From an uncultured bacterium (GTDB taxonomy: Bacteria; Verrucomicrobiota; Kiritimatiellia; RFP12; UBA1067), in NCBI GenBank assembly GCA_902801025.1, contig CADCGZ010000008.1:10684-74683 (forward strand): a stretch of 64,000 nt of DNA. The letters are read 5' to 3'. Made by a program: the position numbers and the translations under genes. The notes under the pieces are model-generated. The model ran no database searches. It worked only from the letters and a program-made list of their open reading frames with translations, and had not been told where the DNA came from. This document shows positions 61,446-64,000 of the stretch, piece by piece; within the stretch, counting starts at the first letter, position 1, and every line of letters begins with the position of its first letter.

Positions 61446-62269
61446 GCGAGATAACCGAGGGTTTCAAGGTCCCGGACGGGCCGACTGCGGACGAAAGACC
61501 GGCCAAGACCTGGCAGGACTACGGCCGCGAGTGGCTTGACACGCTCGTAGTCGCGATTTCCGTCGCGATGGCGTTTCGCGCATACTTCTACGAGCCATTC
61601 AACATTCCGACCGGCTCGATGCAGGAGACGCTCTGGGGCTACCACACCGTCGCGAACGTCGAGAAGGGCACATGGGACGTCTTTCCGCTGTCGATCCTCA
61701 AGTGGCTGTGGACTGGCGAACGCGTCGTCGACTACAAGGCGCCCGCGTCCGGCATGGCGCGTGTAATGCCGCGCAACGACGGCTTCGCCAACATCCGCAT
61801 CGGTGCGAGCGACAAGACGTTCAAGTTGCCGACAGATGCGTGTCGCTCTATAGCGGGTCGCCATTTCCATGCGGGCGAGACCTTCTGGAAGGGCGCGATA
61901 ACAACCGGCGACTTCATCTTCGTGAACCGCTGGATATGGAATTTCCGAAAACCCCGCGACGGAGACGTGATGATCTTCTCCACGACGGGCATCGAGGGCC
62001 TTCCGCAGGGAACTCACTACATAAAGCGGATGAAGGCGACGCCTGGCGAGACATACGAACTTGAGCATCTTCCGACCGACGGGTTCGGGCATGTCCGCGA
62101 AGACCTTCCCAAGACGGTTACTATGGGCGAGGACGAGTACTTCGCCTGCGGAGACAATTTCAACAACAGCTACGACAGCCGCTACTGGGGGCCGGTTCCC
62201 GGCTCCAAGCTGCGCGGCCTCGGCAGCGTTGTTTTCTGGCCATTCAACGGATGGAGGATCATACGATGA
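61442..62269 (+). CDS. lepB: signal peptidase I
   Basis: ATGA overlap with guaB. S26 boxes IPTGSMQETL (Ser), YIKRMKATPGE (Lys), GDNFNNSYDSRYWGPVP. The tracked 60845 start lies inside guaB. Confidence 0.85.
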   Translation: MSEITEGFKVPDGPTADERPAKTWQDYGREWLDTLVVAISVAMAFRAYFYEPFNIPTGSMQETLWGYHTVANVEKGTWDVFPLSILKWLWTGERVVDYKAPASGMARVMPRNDGFANIRIGASDKTFKLPTDACRSIAGRHFHAGETFWKGAITTGDFIFVNRWIWNFRKPRDGDVMIFSTTGIEGLPQGTHYIKRMKATPGETYELEHLPTDGFGHVREDLPKTVTMGEDEYFACGDNFNNSYDSRYWGPVPGSKLRGLGSVVFWPFNGWRIIR

Positions 62270-64000
62270 GCGAAGAACAGCTTATTCCCACGCCCGGCGT
62301 CTTCGGCGAGACCGGGAACTTCCTGCTTGAACGCGAGCTCGGTCGCGGCGGCATGGGCGGCGTCTACATGGGGCGCGACAAGATGCTCGACCGCCCAGTC
62401 GCCGTCAAGGTGATGCTCAAGGAATACGGCGCCGACGCGGAGTTCGTCGAGAAGTTCAAGCGCGAGGCCCAGGCCGCGGCGCGTCTCATCCACCCGAACA
62501 TCGCTCAGATCTACAGCTACGGCATTGCCGACGGCATGCCGTACATCGCGATGGAGCTTGTCGCCGGCGGTTCGCTCGACCAGCTGATGAAGAACGCGGG
62601 CGCGTCGATAGACATTCCTCGCGTGATGAAGATCTGCGAGCAGGTGGCTCAGGCCCTGCGCTGCGCAGCCGACCAGGGGCTCGTCCACGGCGACGTAAAG
62701 CCAGAGAACGTCCTCCTCGACGCGAACGGCAACGCGAAGCTCGTCGACTTCGGTCTCGCGGCGATGCAGAAGGACACGAACGAGATCTGGGGGACTCCCT
62801 ACTACATCGCCCCCGAGAAGGTAAAGAAGGAGCCGGTCGACTATCGCGCCGACATGTATTCCCTCGGCGGGACGATCTACCACGCGCTTACCGGCGTCGC
62901 GCCTTTCGAAGGCGAGGATGCAGCCGCCGTGGTCAGGAAGCGCTTCGAAGGCGCACCCGTGCCGCCGAGCACGATACGCCCCGACATCTCTCCGCAGATC
63001 GACGCGCTCGTCCTCAAAATGCTCGCTCTAAATCCGGCAGACAGGTTCCCGTCGTTCGAGGCGCTTCTCCAGGAATACGGGCGAGTGATGGCGACGGGCT
63101 TGACTGTCTCTCCTGCGAGCACGGCTGCACAACCTGTCGGCACGTCAACTGGCGGGCGCAAGATCATGATGAAGGGCAGGAAGCGCTTCAAGGTCAGGAC
63201 GCCGGGAGAGGGCGAAGAGGGCGGCGGCGAGCAGCAGTCAACCCGTCCTGCACCACCTCCAGAGCCGGAGGAAGGCGGAGTCGCCGGCAAGGTGCTTGCC
63301 GTGATCGGCATAACCATAGCCGCAATCGGCCTCGTAGCCGGACTTCTCGTCTGGTATGTCATCGCTGATCGCAATGCGAGGGAAAAGGCGAAGCAGGAGC
63401 AGATCGCAAGCAACATCAGCAAGGCGAGAAACGCCATTTCTGACGTGAAGAAAAACGCCGAGCAGTTTGCCGAGCATTGTGACGACCTTGCGGCAAAAGC
63501 CCTCAAGACCTGCCAGGAGCCGACCGACAAGCTGATGCAGGAGCTTTCCGGCAAATTCGACGCCGCGCTTCTTGCCCAGCTGAAGCCAGGACCCTCCGCG
63601 GAGCTTCTTGCCGCAATCGCGCTGACGAACATCGTCGAGAAGACGCCGGAAGGAGACACCAATGCGCTTGCCGCCGCCGCTGCGCCGCTTGCGGAGGCAA
63701 TGGCCGGCGCGATGCAGGGCATAGCGTCAAACCTTGCCGTCGCGGTTTCCTCGGCTGTCTCCAACATCCCCAAGTTCCGTCCGCCGAACGACGACGAGGC
63801 GGATCCGGCGTCTCCCGAGCACGAGGCGTACATGAAGGCGAAAGAGGCGTGGGAGAAGGAACAGAAGGAGAAGATGGCACAGGAGGCCGAGGCGCAGAAG
63901 AAAGCCGCCGAGACCGCTGCTGCCGCGCCGGCGGCGGCCACGCCGGCTACGGCTGCGCCAGTTTCCACCGACCTTAATACCATAGAAGGCGTCAAGGCGG
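62266..64000 (+). CDS. membrane-spanning Ser/Thr protein kinase, 3' end beyond the window (not in the supplied ORF track)
   Basis: My own translation of frame 1 from ATG 62266 (ATGA overlap with lepB) has no stop to 64000. GRGGMGGVYMG..VAVKV, HGDVKPENVLL, DFGLA, WGTPYYIAPE motifs, then a TM helix VLAVIGITIAAIGLVAGLLVWYVIA and an Ala/Glu-rich extracytoplasmic part. Confidence 0.85.
   Translation, partial: MSEEQLIPTPGVFGETGNFLLERELGRGGMGGVYMGRDKMLDRPVAVKVMLKEYGADAEFVEKFKREAQAAARLIHPNIAQIYSYGIADGMPYIAMELVAGGSLDQLMKNAGASIDIPRVMKICEQVAQALRCAADQGLVHGDVKPENVLLDANGNAKLVDFGLAAMQKDTNEIWGTPYYIAPEKVKKEPVDYRADMYSLGGTIYHALTGVAPFEGEDAAAVVRKRFEGAPVPPSTIRPDISPQIDALVLKMLALNPADRFPSFEALLQEYGRVMATGLTVSPASTAAQPVGTSTGGRKIMMKGRKRFKVRTPGEGEEGGGEQQSTRPAPPPEPEEGGVAGKVLAVIGITIAAIGLVAGLLVWYVIADRNAREKAKQEQIASNISKARNAISDVKKNAEQFAEHCDDLAAKALKTCQEPTDKLMQELSGKFDAALLAQLKPGPSAELLAAIALTNIVEKTPEGDTNALAAAAAPLAEAMAGAMQGIASNLAVAVSSAVSNIPKFRPPNDDEADPASPEHEAYMKAKEAWEKEQKEKMAQEAEAQKKAAETAAAAPAAATPATAAPVSTDLNTIEGVKA

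Overview
GC-rich bacterial chromosome segment. The gene content suggests a PVC-superphylum organism of the Kiritimatiellota, Lentisphaerota or Verrucomicrobiota type. That guess is inference only and rests on the LL-DAP aminotransferase route, a Pmp-repeat protein, many prepilin-type pseudopilins and DUF4838/CAZyme clusters. I call 50 protein-coding features, 48 of them on the + strand, and 18 junctions are 4-nt ATGA/GTGA start-stop overlaps. (1) 1-6441 is core: nadE (5' partial), an uncharacterised trio (MotA/ExbB-like, MotB/ExbD-like and a 666-aa secreted helical protein), nfo, and a RumA-type RNA methyltransferase. (2) 6442-35733 is an accessory segment bracketed by a perfect 26-nt inverted repeat. 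It holds a 10-gene, 18-kb glycan-degradation operon with three DUF4838 paralogues, a GH2-esterase fusion, an esterase, a GH39-like enzyme, a BspA-type LRR protein, an MBL-fold protein, GH28 and a GH20-like enzyme. It also holds an AT-rich patch with a HigB/RelE-XRE toxin-antitoxin pair and a Pmp-repeat beta-helix protein carrying an 11-G homopolymer. The rest is a XylR-like regulator divergent from a second CAZyme operon, and a decayed DUF2235/Tle1-like gene. (3) 35813-64000 is core again: potABCD, lepA, cysS, dxr-rseP-ispG, an O-antigen-ligase-like gene, dapL, envelope glycan genes including a WaaA fusion, a gspGHIJK-like pseudopilin cluster, folD, guaB and lepB. A Ser/Thr kinase runs off the window and is absent from the supplied ORF track. 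I recognised no rRNA, tRNA, CRISPR array, transposase or integrase. The main candidates for a second look are the stator-like trio, the inverted-repeat-bounded island, a recurrent leaderless promoter architecture, a conserved hairpin at two operon 3' ends, and the poly-G tract in the Pmp-like gene.
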